A stretch of 57,884 bases of DNA, the filler included, from Sphacelaria rigidula (taxonomy: Eukaryota): assembly GCA_964200075.2 (NCBI GenBank). It is 9 parts of 9 records of this genome, joined end to end, with 100 filler letters (N's around TTAATTAATTAA, not from the genome) between each part and the next. Parts side by side here need not be neighbours in the genome. Positions count along the whole stretch, not along the records: positions 1 to 6,343 come from CAXNAA020020649.1; positions 6,444 to 12,786 come from CAXNAA020020650.1; 7 more parts are not named here. One strand, given 5' to 3'. Position numbers and translations under genes: made by a program. The notes beneath the pieces were generated by a model. The model made no database searches, was not told where the DNA came from, and saw only the letters and a program-made list of their open reading frames with translations. Numbering within the stretch: position 1 is the stretch's first letter; every line of letters begins with the position of its first letter. Shown piece by piece: positions 1 to 9,961 of the stretch.

Positions 1-94
1 TAGCAGGTACGGTATTGGAAAGGCGAGCCTACGTCTGTTACCACGGGTTCTTGTTATCGGACTAATGTGCGGAAATAATAATAATAATAATAAT
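1..94 (+). mobile_element. Probable 3' end of a LINE/SINE ending in an (AAT)7 tail
   Basis: (AAT)n run at 74-94 ends a unique segment at the contig start; typical non-LTR tail. Inference only. Confidence 0.35.
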
Positions 95-638
95 GACCAT
101 CCCAAGATTGTCCATACCATTCTCCAGTGTCCAACTCCAAGTATTAAATTGCGAATTGGCCTGCAAACTCTAAATCCGCTTCCAGGCTGGCCCAGCTCGT
201 AGTGCATCGCACTCGTATTTATTATTTACTGCCTATGGGTACACAAAACTCGACTCAACATCAGACAGCGACCCCCCCGCTGGTAGACTGAGATAGATAC
301 TCCACTTTTTGGGTTCAGAGTCATCCCTTTGTCACAACTCCAAACGCCTACTCTACGGCGGAAGGGACCTGGAGTGCATGAGAGGCACCTGGTTGTGAGA
401 GTCGGAGCATAGTCGGTGGTGTGGTTGTCGACCACCTGATTATTACGCCGCTTACTTTTGCTGTGCAGTCTGTGGTGTATCGTGCCGCGGCTGCACGTGC
501 GGTCTGCAGCGTACTGGATCTTACAGTGTTGAACGTGCCGAGTGTAAGCAGCGTGCGTTCGGATATCGCACCATGACTGCCGCCGCGAACGCCCCTAGCT
601 AACGTAGAGCAGTTGCTCGGCGGTGGCAGTCGCCTCAC

Positions 639-705
639 CGTCGAAGTACTTGTCTACATCTACGTGCGAAGGATACTCGTGGCCGCCGCTCGCTTGTTGC
701 GCCAT
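639..705 (-). pseudogene. Isolated start-codon exon MAQQASGGHEYPSHVDVDKYFD(G)
   Basis: gccATGG start context, 67-nt coding part, GTGAGG donor; upstream acceptor (caagcag near 796) and 5'UTR. No recognisable downstream exon. Confidence 0.5.
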
Positions 706-1150
706 GGCGTTTTATACCAGATGGAGGTGTGGAGCTAGTAAGACGCTCAGGGAGTACCGAACAGACAGACACAGTGTGCCGAAAATCCTCAAACACCTGC
801 TTGGTTATATAATCTATGGTTGATTTGGCATGATCAAAATGAGATTTGAGGGTAGACGGCGAATGTGTCTACCAGGTGTTCGCCTCTACCGGAACAAAAG
901 TGCTCATTTTGACGACCGTGATTGGTCAGAATAGTCATCCCGCGTCTCTCGGGCCTCGTGCACGCCTCATAATTCTCCACGGGAAACTTCCAAACACACA
1001 TGGTTGATCCGTGAGCGTCTCCGATGCTCCGCGGAGAGACTCCCCCCCCCCTCAAAGACCACCCTCCCCCGAGCTCTGGAAACCCCCGGATGTCTCGGGA
1101 CTGTCAGCCTGTACAACTGTTCCGAGGCGACGCTCGTCGTCTAAGGGCTA

Positions 1151-1363
1151 ACGGTCGACGAGGGAAAGGGACTGCTGAACTCCTCTCGCGATAAAAACAC
1201 AGTAAAAGGCAAGCACCGTAGAAGGAAGGTGGGATACTAAAAATAAATAAAGATAAAAAGCTCCTGTGTTGACCTTCCTCCTGTGTAACCCCGGCTGGTG
1301 CGCCCACATATACCGAAACGTGTAGACCGGCACCCAGAATAGATGGGACAACAACACACACAC
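1151..1363 (+). mobile_element. 5'-truncated copy of the tRNA-derived SINE at 7350-7711
   Basis: Reverse-complement match to ~7350-7567 (CGGTCGACGAGGGAAAGGG...CCAGAATAGATGGGAC) with a CA-rich tail. Confidence 0.85.
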
Positions 1364-1679
1364 CTCCTCTTGTATCACGGGGGTAGCACGGGGGGTGTTA
1401 TGCTGCGTCACCGGTCAGCTGTAGCAGAGCACACCACTGGAATGACGCAACAAAGGATGTGCTGACCACATGTACTTACGAATTTGGATCAGTGGCAAGA
1501 AAATGGCAGCGAGAGGAGCATTCGAAGCATCAAGCAGCACACCTACAGCATAGGGCAGGCGGCAAAGTATAGGTAGTACATGTACGGTTCATGCAGGGCA
1601 GGATGTACTGCATTGAACTGTACTGTACTGTCGATACTGCAGTACACTGCTATCTTTTGTGATACAGTATAGTTCTCAC

Positions 1680-1772
1680 CGCGCGAACCATCGGCGCCAG
1701 GATGACCTTCTTCCTGTAAAGCCTGTCCGTTGCATCCTCTACGCCACTCTCCTCTCCCGAGACATCCATCAT
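1680..1772 (-). pseudogene. Orphan first coding exon of a tRNA-dihydrouridine synthase (DUS2-like): MMDVSGEESGVEDATDRLYRKKVILAPMVRA
   Basis: YRxKxILAPMVR is the N-terminal Dus motif; GTGAGA donor follows, acceptor at 1800-1801. The expected next exon (GTLPxRLL...) was not found in the contig. Confidence 0.65.
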
Positions 1773-2165
1773 GTTGCACTTTACTTGCACCGAGCATATC
1801 TGATTAACACAACTACGAGAAGTACATACCCGCCCTACGTTTCGCATATACCCTCAATTTGAGGCACGCATACCCCTCTTTTGGACTGCGGAGGGTTGTT
1901 CTTCCTGCGGAGGGGGACCGGGAGGTGCAGCAGCTACGCAGCAGCACGGCGACTACAGCTTTTTGTTGCGTACCTTGCGGAGGTGTTGACGCTGGTTCAC
2001 CGTACTGTGTTATCTGTGATTCAAGCGTAGCTTTATCGAGAGGGAAAATACCGCTCGTGAAGCAAGCTGCGGGCCGGTCCCGAAACAACCACGCCATCAT
2101 CATCGATTCGACTTTTGAACACACTTGCCATATTTGAAAAGAGACGATAGACGAGAAAGTCTAGG

Positions 2166-2220
2166 ATGTCGTACGGCGGCTTTGAATATGGAGACAACCA
2201 AGGAGGCTTCGATGGTGGAG
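2166..2220 (+). pseudogene. Isolated start-codon exon MSYGGFEYGDNQGGFDGG(G), reminiscent of an RPA2-type Gly/Phe-rich N-terminus
   Basis: ATG at 2166, 55 nt, perfect GTAAGT donor at 2221. The product guess is weak. Confidence 0.5.
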
Positions 2221-4501
2221 GTAAGTAGAGTACGCACATAAATACACATTATGGGGTAGGCTGGGCCCGGGAAGACGAACATGCTTGGTGTGTCGCATTT
2301 TGCAGCAGCTTCTACACCTCTGTACTCCTTCTGTCTCTGCTGCTGCTTTCTGTACTGCATGTATCGTTCGTCCCGAACTTTGTGGTGGCAGCATCCTGAA
2401 CTGCGTTGGTTCTGTGCCTCCAGAACGCATGACTGCCGTCCTCACCTCCCTTCTTGAAAGCGAGTATAACACATCCACCCACCCTAGGGATCGTGGAGGA
2501 TGCCGTCAGTTTTGGCATGCATGTACATGTACTACAACAGATGACAGTCGAGATATGACATACCCCGTGCATTTTGAATTGGAAAGTGACGATACTGGTT
2601 GAACCACATGAGATATTTGGCGGGAAGCTGCCGGCACAAAATAAGTCCATCCAAAACTCAAGACACTGGTGCCGGGCCAGCCTGGGCTAGCTAGGGGCTA
2701 AAATAGGAGCTGGCCGCTCGTCCCCGCCTTCTCTTGTGCGCGCATACTTCTGCCAATATATGTAAAGCGTGTGGATTGTCCACTCCAAAATTTAGAGTGC
2801 AGGGTATAGTTACTGTGTGCAGTACTGTCAGGTGATGACCAACACCAACCAGGGCTGTCGGGTACTGTATATGGTGTGTTGTGGGATATAACACCCCCTG
2901 GACACGGTGTTTTTAGCCCACTGTCGACGCTGTCGCTCACCAAGATCTTGTGACAGTCTCGAAAGATCACGCATACTTGAGTGGAACTAGCTTTCAGAAA
3001 AACACTATATTTGCACGAGCACGAAACTTTCGGCGGTGTGATGTGGTGTGGTATCCAGCCGCCATGTGGGAAATCGAACATGCAAAGCTGACTAGTGGGG
3101 GTGTTGTACTCAGGCATCTACTTTTTTTCTTCAAAGAAGCGCATAATTGTCGGTGGTACAGTGTGCAGCATAACAGTCCAGTATAACTTCATTATGCATA
3201 CCAAGGGGCTGCCCGAAAACATTGAGCGATCGGAAAATATTTAGTGATACAAAAAGTACATACGTGTGACACTCCGCAACGCGTTGGTTTTCGCGTGTAA
3301 AAACACGAGTGAACAGCACAGTAGTAGAGTACCGTCTGGATCTGTCGTAGGAGTATAGGGTATCTCTCTTCGGTCGGGCGTCAATAACAGCATGGTTTTT
3401 GTCACACACATGAGACACTTTGTACGATAGCCTTCCCCCCCCCAAACCAGCCCAAAGCTGTCACGAAGAAAATGGCCATACAGCGCCTGATGTTCGGTTT
3501 CAGGCTGCATGATGCGCCTCACACGGCCGACATCAGCAACGATTGAACCAAAGCGTGGGAATTCCCAGCTGGTCGTTGTGCTCGGCTTTTTTCATTTCGA
3601 TCACGTGCAGATTTCACCTCTCTAAACCAGCGACTTCGTTGGGGGGGCTGTCGTGAAGAGTGTCATGATTCATTTTTCATTTTTTTATTTTGTTGCCGAA
3701 AATGCCTCGTCCGCCACCATACTGTCATTTTCCATGCATCCATGCATTTATTCAACGATACCGCGATGGAATACCTTATCATGCGGACCATTCATTTTCT
3801 TCTCTACACGCTTTCAAATGCCCCCGTATTTTCGTAAATTACAGATCCCGCGAGTTTCGGGCGTTGCGCTGAACACTTGACTCCCATTTCCCCAGAGCAA
3901 ACTAGAGCACAAAGCGAGTATGAACAATCGTGAGAGACATTAGAATGTACTACATACGTGAGAGGCAAAGCATAGTCGAAGCTCTGGGCAAAAATAAGGG
4001 AGCGTAGTACCAGGGAGGACGGAATTTATTGCTGCTGTGGTGTCCATCGCCTCGTCAGAGCGGACCAGCTCCATGGTCTTGCGAGAGACTGCGTCTCTCG
4101 TGGTACATCGTTTCCTTCTTCACTGAGGGCAATCCACATATTCTTGGGGTCATCGACATTCTGTTACCAAATATATGGCGGGTTCACATTCACCGTCAAC
4201 TAAACACCCCGGCCGAAGTTCAATAACGTGCCGAGAAAAATAGATCAAAATCCCACTTGAGTTGGCTTCAGTACGAACTATACCTAGGTGGCTACACTCC
4301 GAATACTGTTTGTGCTGACATCAAACGCGTACGTTTTCTGCGTTATGTAGGCTCCTTATACAAGAATATATACTTTTTCGAAGTGTGCATGTACTGTACA
4401 GTGATGTACAAGCCGTAAACAACCTGTTGCAAAATAACAGTTTGATCCTGTTGCAAAATAACAGTTTGATGGGAGTACACATTGCACATGTTCATGCATA
4501 C

Positions 4502-4555
4502 CGCGAATGACAACAAAGCGGCGGAAGCTGCACCACCCTGCATATTCCGGAACAT
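4502..4555 (-). pseudogene. Isolated start-codon exon MFRNMQGGAASAALLSFA
   Basis: ATG, 18 codons, GTATGC donor. Confidence 0.35.
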
Positions 4556-5272
4556 GGAAGCGTACTCGACTTCGCTTTTAGTACACAGCCCGCATCCGAC
4601 ACTGACCGCTGTTGTGCTGGCTTTCAAACACGAAAAAGAAATCTGGTCAACAGAGTCTTGAGCTCCAGATAAGTCCATGAACGACGGGATGTCTTCCTCA
4701 AGTTCGCTACACGGAGATGCACCGATAGTGTAGTGAGAGATTCGTAGAGCTTGGATTCGCCGGCAACAGCCACGTGCGGCGAAACCGTCATGGTTACTAT
4801 GTTGCCTCTAGTGAGCGTTTTAGCCGCGTGATGTGTCCTCAAACCCCCGGTACAGAATTGATGATTTCTCCACTCACACTCGAACCGCACCTCATGGGAA
4901 AACTCGACTTCCTGATTGTAGGGAAGACACATACTCACCAGTACACCGACTTTCACCGTAATGTACCCGTTACCGCAAATGAAAGGCGAGGTTAAAGATG
5001 AAAACCATGAGCAGCAACAATCAAATCGTCTTGTGAAGCTAAGAGCACAATCTTGGCCTTAAACTATAATCGCTAGCATACCCTCCCTACTCGTATGTGA
5101 AGTGACAGTAAATCTTACGCAGTGCAGCGTGAGTGTTGTGCAGTCGCGTTCTGGATTGTGTGTTGTGTGTTGTCGTCCCATTTATTCTGGATTGCAATGT
5201 GGAAAATGACTGTTGTATGAGCATGTTTTTTGTATTTTTTTCTGCTAGCGGCTGGGAAATATCGGTCATTAC

Positions 5273-5326
5273 TTCGTGTGCTACGGTAGGTGTAGTTGAG
5301 CTGATTTTCGTCGAGGAGGCACCCAT
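5273..5326 (-). pseudogene. Isolated start-codon exon MGASSTKISSTTPTVAHE (myristoylation-like MG start)
   Basis: ATG, 18 codons, GTAATG donor. Confidence 0.35.
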
Positions 5327-6089
5327 GAACGTGCCTTAAGTTGGAGGCCAACATGACTCGTTTTATGCTTCATCAAGTCTGCTGAGCCCAACGTGTATTG
5401 TTTTCGAGAGGGGTGGTAGAAAACGTGACACTAAATCAGGCGTCACCCTAAAATAAATCGTTATTATCACGCTTTGTTCAGCATTGGCGTTTTCTAACCT
5501 TACCTGTGAAAAAACGTTACCCCACACTACCTGCAACCTTAACCCCAACGAGCCCCGGGTGTACTTTGGTGGGTGGAGCACAATCTGAGCTTTCTTCGTG
5601 AGAGCGCCTAACCCTATGCGTGTCCTGGCCAGAGCCGGTGTGTTTTGGATTGGCGAGACTGTGCATCAGTCCTACGAGCGTCGTAAGAGCGATGTCATAC
5701 TCCAGTTCATGTCGCAAGATGAATCGAACGTTGTACTTCTCTTCGATCGGAACATCCCCAGATATCTTTTTACATTTTCTACGCTGTATTTTCGTTTCAT
5801 TTTGTCGTATCTTTATGAGTAGTTCGAACAAGTATGACTTGAGATTGACGCCTAGCGCATCGAGAATGGCAAGCTCGGTTTTCTGAGTTGTCATTGCATT
5901 GGCCGACCATTCACACACACACACACACACATGCCCCGGCGGTGTGATGGTCTGACGGTCACGACAAGGGTGGAGAGAATGTTGGTCCGATTCCCGATTC
6001 GCCGCGTTTTCTCTTCGAAGTCTCTGATTTCTACGGTCGGAAGCGTGAGTACGTGAGCAAAAGAAATTGATTGACTGAGTGTGTTCAAC

Positions 6090-6215
6090 CAGAGTCGACG
6101 CGGTGCTGGAGTGCTGATAGTCATGATCCAATCCACAAGACCAAGATGCAAGACGTGTACCGAGGGTAGATGGATTGATCCCTATTAATAGAGACCACGG
6201 ACTCGTCCCGAGGAA
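6090..6215. repeat. Dispersed repeat shared with ~10170-10305
   Basis: TCGACGCGGTGC...TAGTCATGATCCAATCC...TTGATCCCT...TCCCGAGGA occurs in contigs 1 and 2. Confidence 0.75.
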
Positions 6216-6343
6216 GAGGAAGGATTTCAAGTGTGACGGGGAAAAAATGTACGTATATGTAAGGAAGGCGTGTGGCTAGAGTAGTCAGAGACCTACGGGG
6301 GAGACTGCCGTCCTGATGCCGAAGGAACTCCGAGGCTGGCGAT

Positions 6344-6443
6344 NNNNNNNNNNNNNNNNNNNNNNNNNNNNNNNNNNNNNNNNNNNNTTAATTAATTAAN
6401 NNNNNNNNNNNNNNNNNNNNNNNNNNNNNNNNNNNNNNNNNNN
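6344..6443. other. Artificial contig linker 44N-TTAATTAATTAA-44N (also at 12787-12886, 19230-19329, 25673-25772, 32116-32215, 38559-38658, 45001-45100, 51443-51542)
   Basis: Identical 100-bp spacer with a six-frame stop core recurs every ~6,443 bp; intervening segments are 6343 or 6342 bp, i.e. size-sorted contigs. Confidence 0.99.
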
Positions 6444-6517
6444 GTTCCGTGCAAGAGAGATATGCCACTTCAGCCTCATATTTTGTATGAACCCCAAAAA
6501 ATAAAATCGGCTGTTTT
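6444..6517. repeat. Repeat shared (inverted) with the end of contig 6 (38490-38558)
   Basis: GTGCAAGAGAGATATGCCACTTCAGCC...AAAATCGGCTGTT is the reverse complement of the contig-6 end. Confidence 0.85.
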
Positions 6518-6709
6518 ACGGTAAAACAACACGCGACAATTCCTGCGTGGATCTCGTATTGCTGGCGTCCAGCCGGCTGGGTGCATGTGAAACAGATGTT
6601 TCTGTAGGTGATATCATACCAATAATTAGTACAGGGCTTGCTGGGGCACGAGGGAAGGGAGTAGCGGTGCGCTGCGACTGCATGACAGGGTTCCCGACGT
6701 TCTCGGCTA

Positions 6710-7164
6710 AACACGGGATTTTACAAATTGGGTACGGTTTTTCATTGAGGATGAAAACCTGGAGAATTAAAATCTTCGCATCCCCACCAAATCTTCGAAA
6801 TATCGTTCCACTCCTCCTTCACCTATACTGGTAGCTGTCGACAACTACAGTAGTACTACACGCCGTACAAATTTTGATCCTGATAACCGACATGTTAGGG
6901 TCCTAGGTGAATGAAGAAACGATTTTGCGAAATGATCTGATCGGATCATCAAAATTCCCCAAAACTGTTTCTTTGCCTAAAAGCCCAACATGTCGGTTAT
7001 CGGGATCCAAATTTGTATGGCGTGTAGTACTGTAGTTGTCAATGACTACCAGTAGGTGAAGGAATGGAATTATATTTCGATTTGGTGTGTATACAAAGAT
7101 TTTAATTCTCCGGGTTCTCATCCTCAATAAAAAAATCCGTCCCCAATTTGTGAAATGCCGTGTT
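6710..7164. mobile_element. Foldback MITE family A (AACACGGGAT...ATCCCGTGTT), copy 1
   Basis: ~190-bp imperfect terminal inverted repeats around a short core; homologous to 15114-15556, 50814-51261 and 54723-55139. Confidence 0.9.
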
Positions 7165-7349
7165 TCTAGTCCATACCCGCCTACAACAGGTCGGGAGGGA
7201 CGTCTCTAGAAAAAAAGATATCCAGGAAAAAAATAACTGCAAAATCCTGTACACCTCTGGATTTCCCGTCTAGGGTACTCGGTGGATTTTAGAAGCTCTG
7301 TTGTGCCCATGGGCTCTACGAGGCGAGACTGTGTTTTCTTTTAGATACA

Positions 7350-7711
7350 TGTGTGTTGTGTGTGTTGTCGTCCCATCTATTCTGGACACCAGTCTACACC
7401 TTTTTTTGGTATATGTCGGCGCACCAGTCGGGGTCACACAGGACGAAGGTCAAAACAAGAGGTTTTTCTTTTTTACTTGTTTTTAGTACCCCACCTTCCT
7501 TCTGCGGTGCTTGCCTTCCCTTTTCATCGCAAGAGGGGTTCAACAATCCCTTTCCCTCGTCGACCGTGAAGTCGCCTTTTGTGTACCCACGACAGAGCCA
7601 CTCTCCACTGTCAGGCATGGTGTGAAACAATCTCAGATCGCTACGAGAATTGAACCCACTACCCAACCGTCGGAAGTTATCGAGGTTAACAACTGAGCCA
7701 CCGGGGCGACC
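7350..7711 (-). mobile_element. Near full-length tRNA-derived SINE
   Basis: Minus-strand head GGTCGCCCCGGTGGCTCAGTTG (A box)...GGGTTCAATTC (B box); body shared with 1151-1363; CA-rich tail. Confidence 0.8.
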
Positions 7712-9724
7712 GAAACAGATATTTGCGCAGCACGTATCCCGAGTTGAAGTTCCTGAGGAATGATCGACGGAAACGCTGTCTCTGGCGGGTTTTTCCAGTT
7801 CTGCACATCTGATCGAAAAAGTATATTTCGGGGGCAAAAATGTGAAGATATACTTTCCCTAGACTGAAGCCTCACAAACTTTGCGCATGTTGTTGCTCCT
7901 GAGCGCCGCAAACACGGGTTTGATCTCCTCCTTCATTATGGTCAGCTCTTACCAAACATCGTTTCCCCTCCTCCGTAAAACCCCCACCAGGAAGGCTTCA
8001 CCACACCAGACCGACCAACGGTGCAACAGAGAAAGAAAAAAGGCAATAAAAGATAGATCCGCTCGTCCCTCCTTAACAAATAGTATCGACTCAAACACTC
8101 AGGACCTGCCCCCCCCCCCCCGCCCCCCTCCGAAAAAACAAACACAAGCACAACACAAGAACCTTGCGTGGCACGGCACCCTACTGCTGTCATATGCGCC
8201 GCTTGTTGAAATGCTCCCTGTCCATCCGTCTATGACGTATAAATTTCCGCTTTCCATACTGCCCAGCCCGCAACGTCGACCGCAAGATGAAGAGTTTGCG
8301 CGCTGACGTTAACCAAGCATCCACCATCTCAACCGCCAAGGCTGCCCCGTGCAAGAAGGTCGCGCTTATGACCAGCCGTCATGATTACCATACATTCCTG
8401 TATATATAATGAATAATCCGAGTGTCCCATGTACTAAAAAAACTCATCACTTGACCATCAACAGATGAAAAATCGGTCGTATATCTTGCCCAAATACATC
8501 ACGCCAATACAACAGTACATGATCTATGGGATCGGTCAGGACCGATAGGGCTGGAACATGACACAGACGTGGTACTGTAAGGTACGATACAGTTGTCCGG
8601 TACAGCACACCCCCCAGAAGACTCCTAGCGGGAAAAGCGGAGCGAAGGAGGGAAGAAAATAATAGAATAACAAACCTCACAACCAGAAAACAAAAAACCT
8701 TATGCAAGCAACGAAACATGATAATATGTATGATACAGTCAGCAGTGCGTGACTTCTGTCATGCGCAGTCCTCGACCGTTCTGATTTTATGAAATTGATG
8801 GTCCTGTTCGCAACATGCAATCCCTTCCTGTCCCCACACTAACTGCGCAACTCCCCACCTAAAAATTGTATCCTATACGCTATCCAATCGTGGAGGTCAT
8901 GCAGTCAGCAGTTAAGCCATGGCCAAGTCGTAGCAGAGAGAAGGAAGCAAAATATCGTCCTCCTCATGCTATCCAAGTCAGAGGGGGGGGGAAACATGCA
9001 CCAAAAGCAACGACCAAGGGCATGCACAGCAGAATGGCGACTCGTGTCTGCCACCAACAAAACCAAAATCACGTGACGGAGGGGCGCGCGCGTCCAACAA
9101 GCAAACAAAGACAAGCAAAGGCAAGCAAGGAAGCATACGTCGACATCCTACCGACCTGAGCGCAGCGCTAGCTACCCTAACAACTTTAAAAGATACTTGC
9201 CGAGGACCAATCGAAACCCCCCGTATCACTTCACAAAACGTCCCACCACTAAAAATCAATGCAGATACGCATGACCAGACGTGTCGATACTTCCCAACAC
9301 GACCACTAATACAGAAAACGCACTACCATCTTGCCCCCTCCCTCCCCCTTCCGTCTAATTGACACCGTCGTCGTTTCTATTTCGCTTGATGCCCACGCTT
9401 CTCTTGTAGGTGAGTATTTCTTGTGGAGTTATGCGGTCCGGCGCCCAGTTGGCGCTGCTGCCTCGCCGCTGGTATCTGCTCTTCTTTATCTGGGGGAAGA
9501 AGGAAAAATATATATGCAACAACAAAAAACGATACGCATGGGTACTGTCAAAACCCACGCATGCATGCGTTCGATACTTCGTGCCCATAGATCTGCCACA
9601 ACAGCATTCACTGATGTCGATAGCAGAATATTCGGTCCGCGGTGCTATCCACGATATGTGAAGAGACATACCCTAATCGATCGGCACATACCGATCATAC
9701 ATGAACGGCAATTTAGCAAGGTTG

Positions 9725-9961
9725 CAAGGTTGTACTCTGTTTAGACAGGGTACACCCGGAAGTGGGGGATCTTTGGTTAGTATACCAAGCCATACCGGAA
9801 GGTGTACTGAACATTCTGGTATGGTCTGGCAGGACATCGAGCCCTGTTCCGAACAATCCAGTACGGTTTGGAAGGGTATTCAAAGATAAGATACGTATTC
9901 TATACTTGTCTAAATACCCAGTGTTTAGCCGGTAAAATAAACCCTACAGAACACAACCTTG
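9725..9961. mobile_element. MITE with CAAGGTTGT...ACAACCTTG termini
   Basis: 16-bp imperfect TIR CAAGGTTGTACTCTGT / ACAGAACACAACCTTG. Confidence 0.65.

Noticed and set aside
7640..7711. tRNA gene
   Set aside because: A/B boxes are present but no intact cloverleaf is evident, and it is fused to a repeated SINE body.
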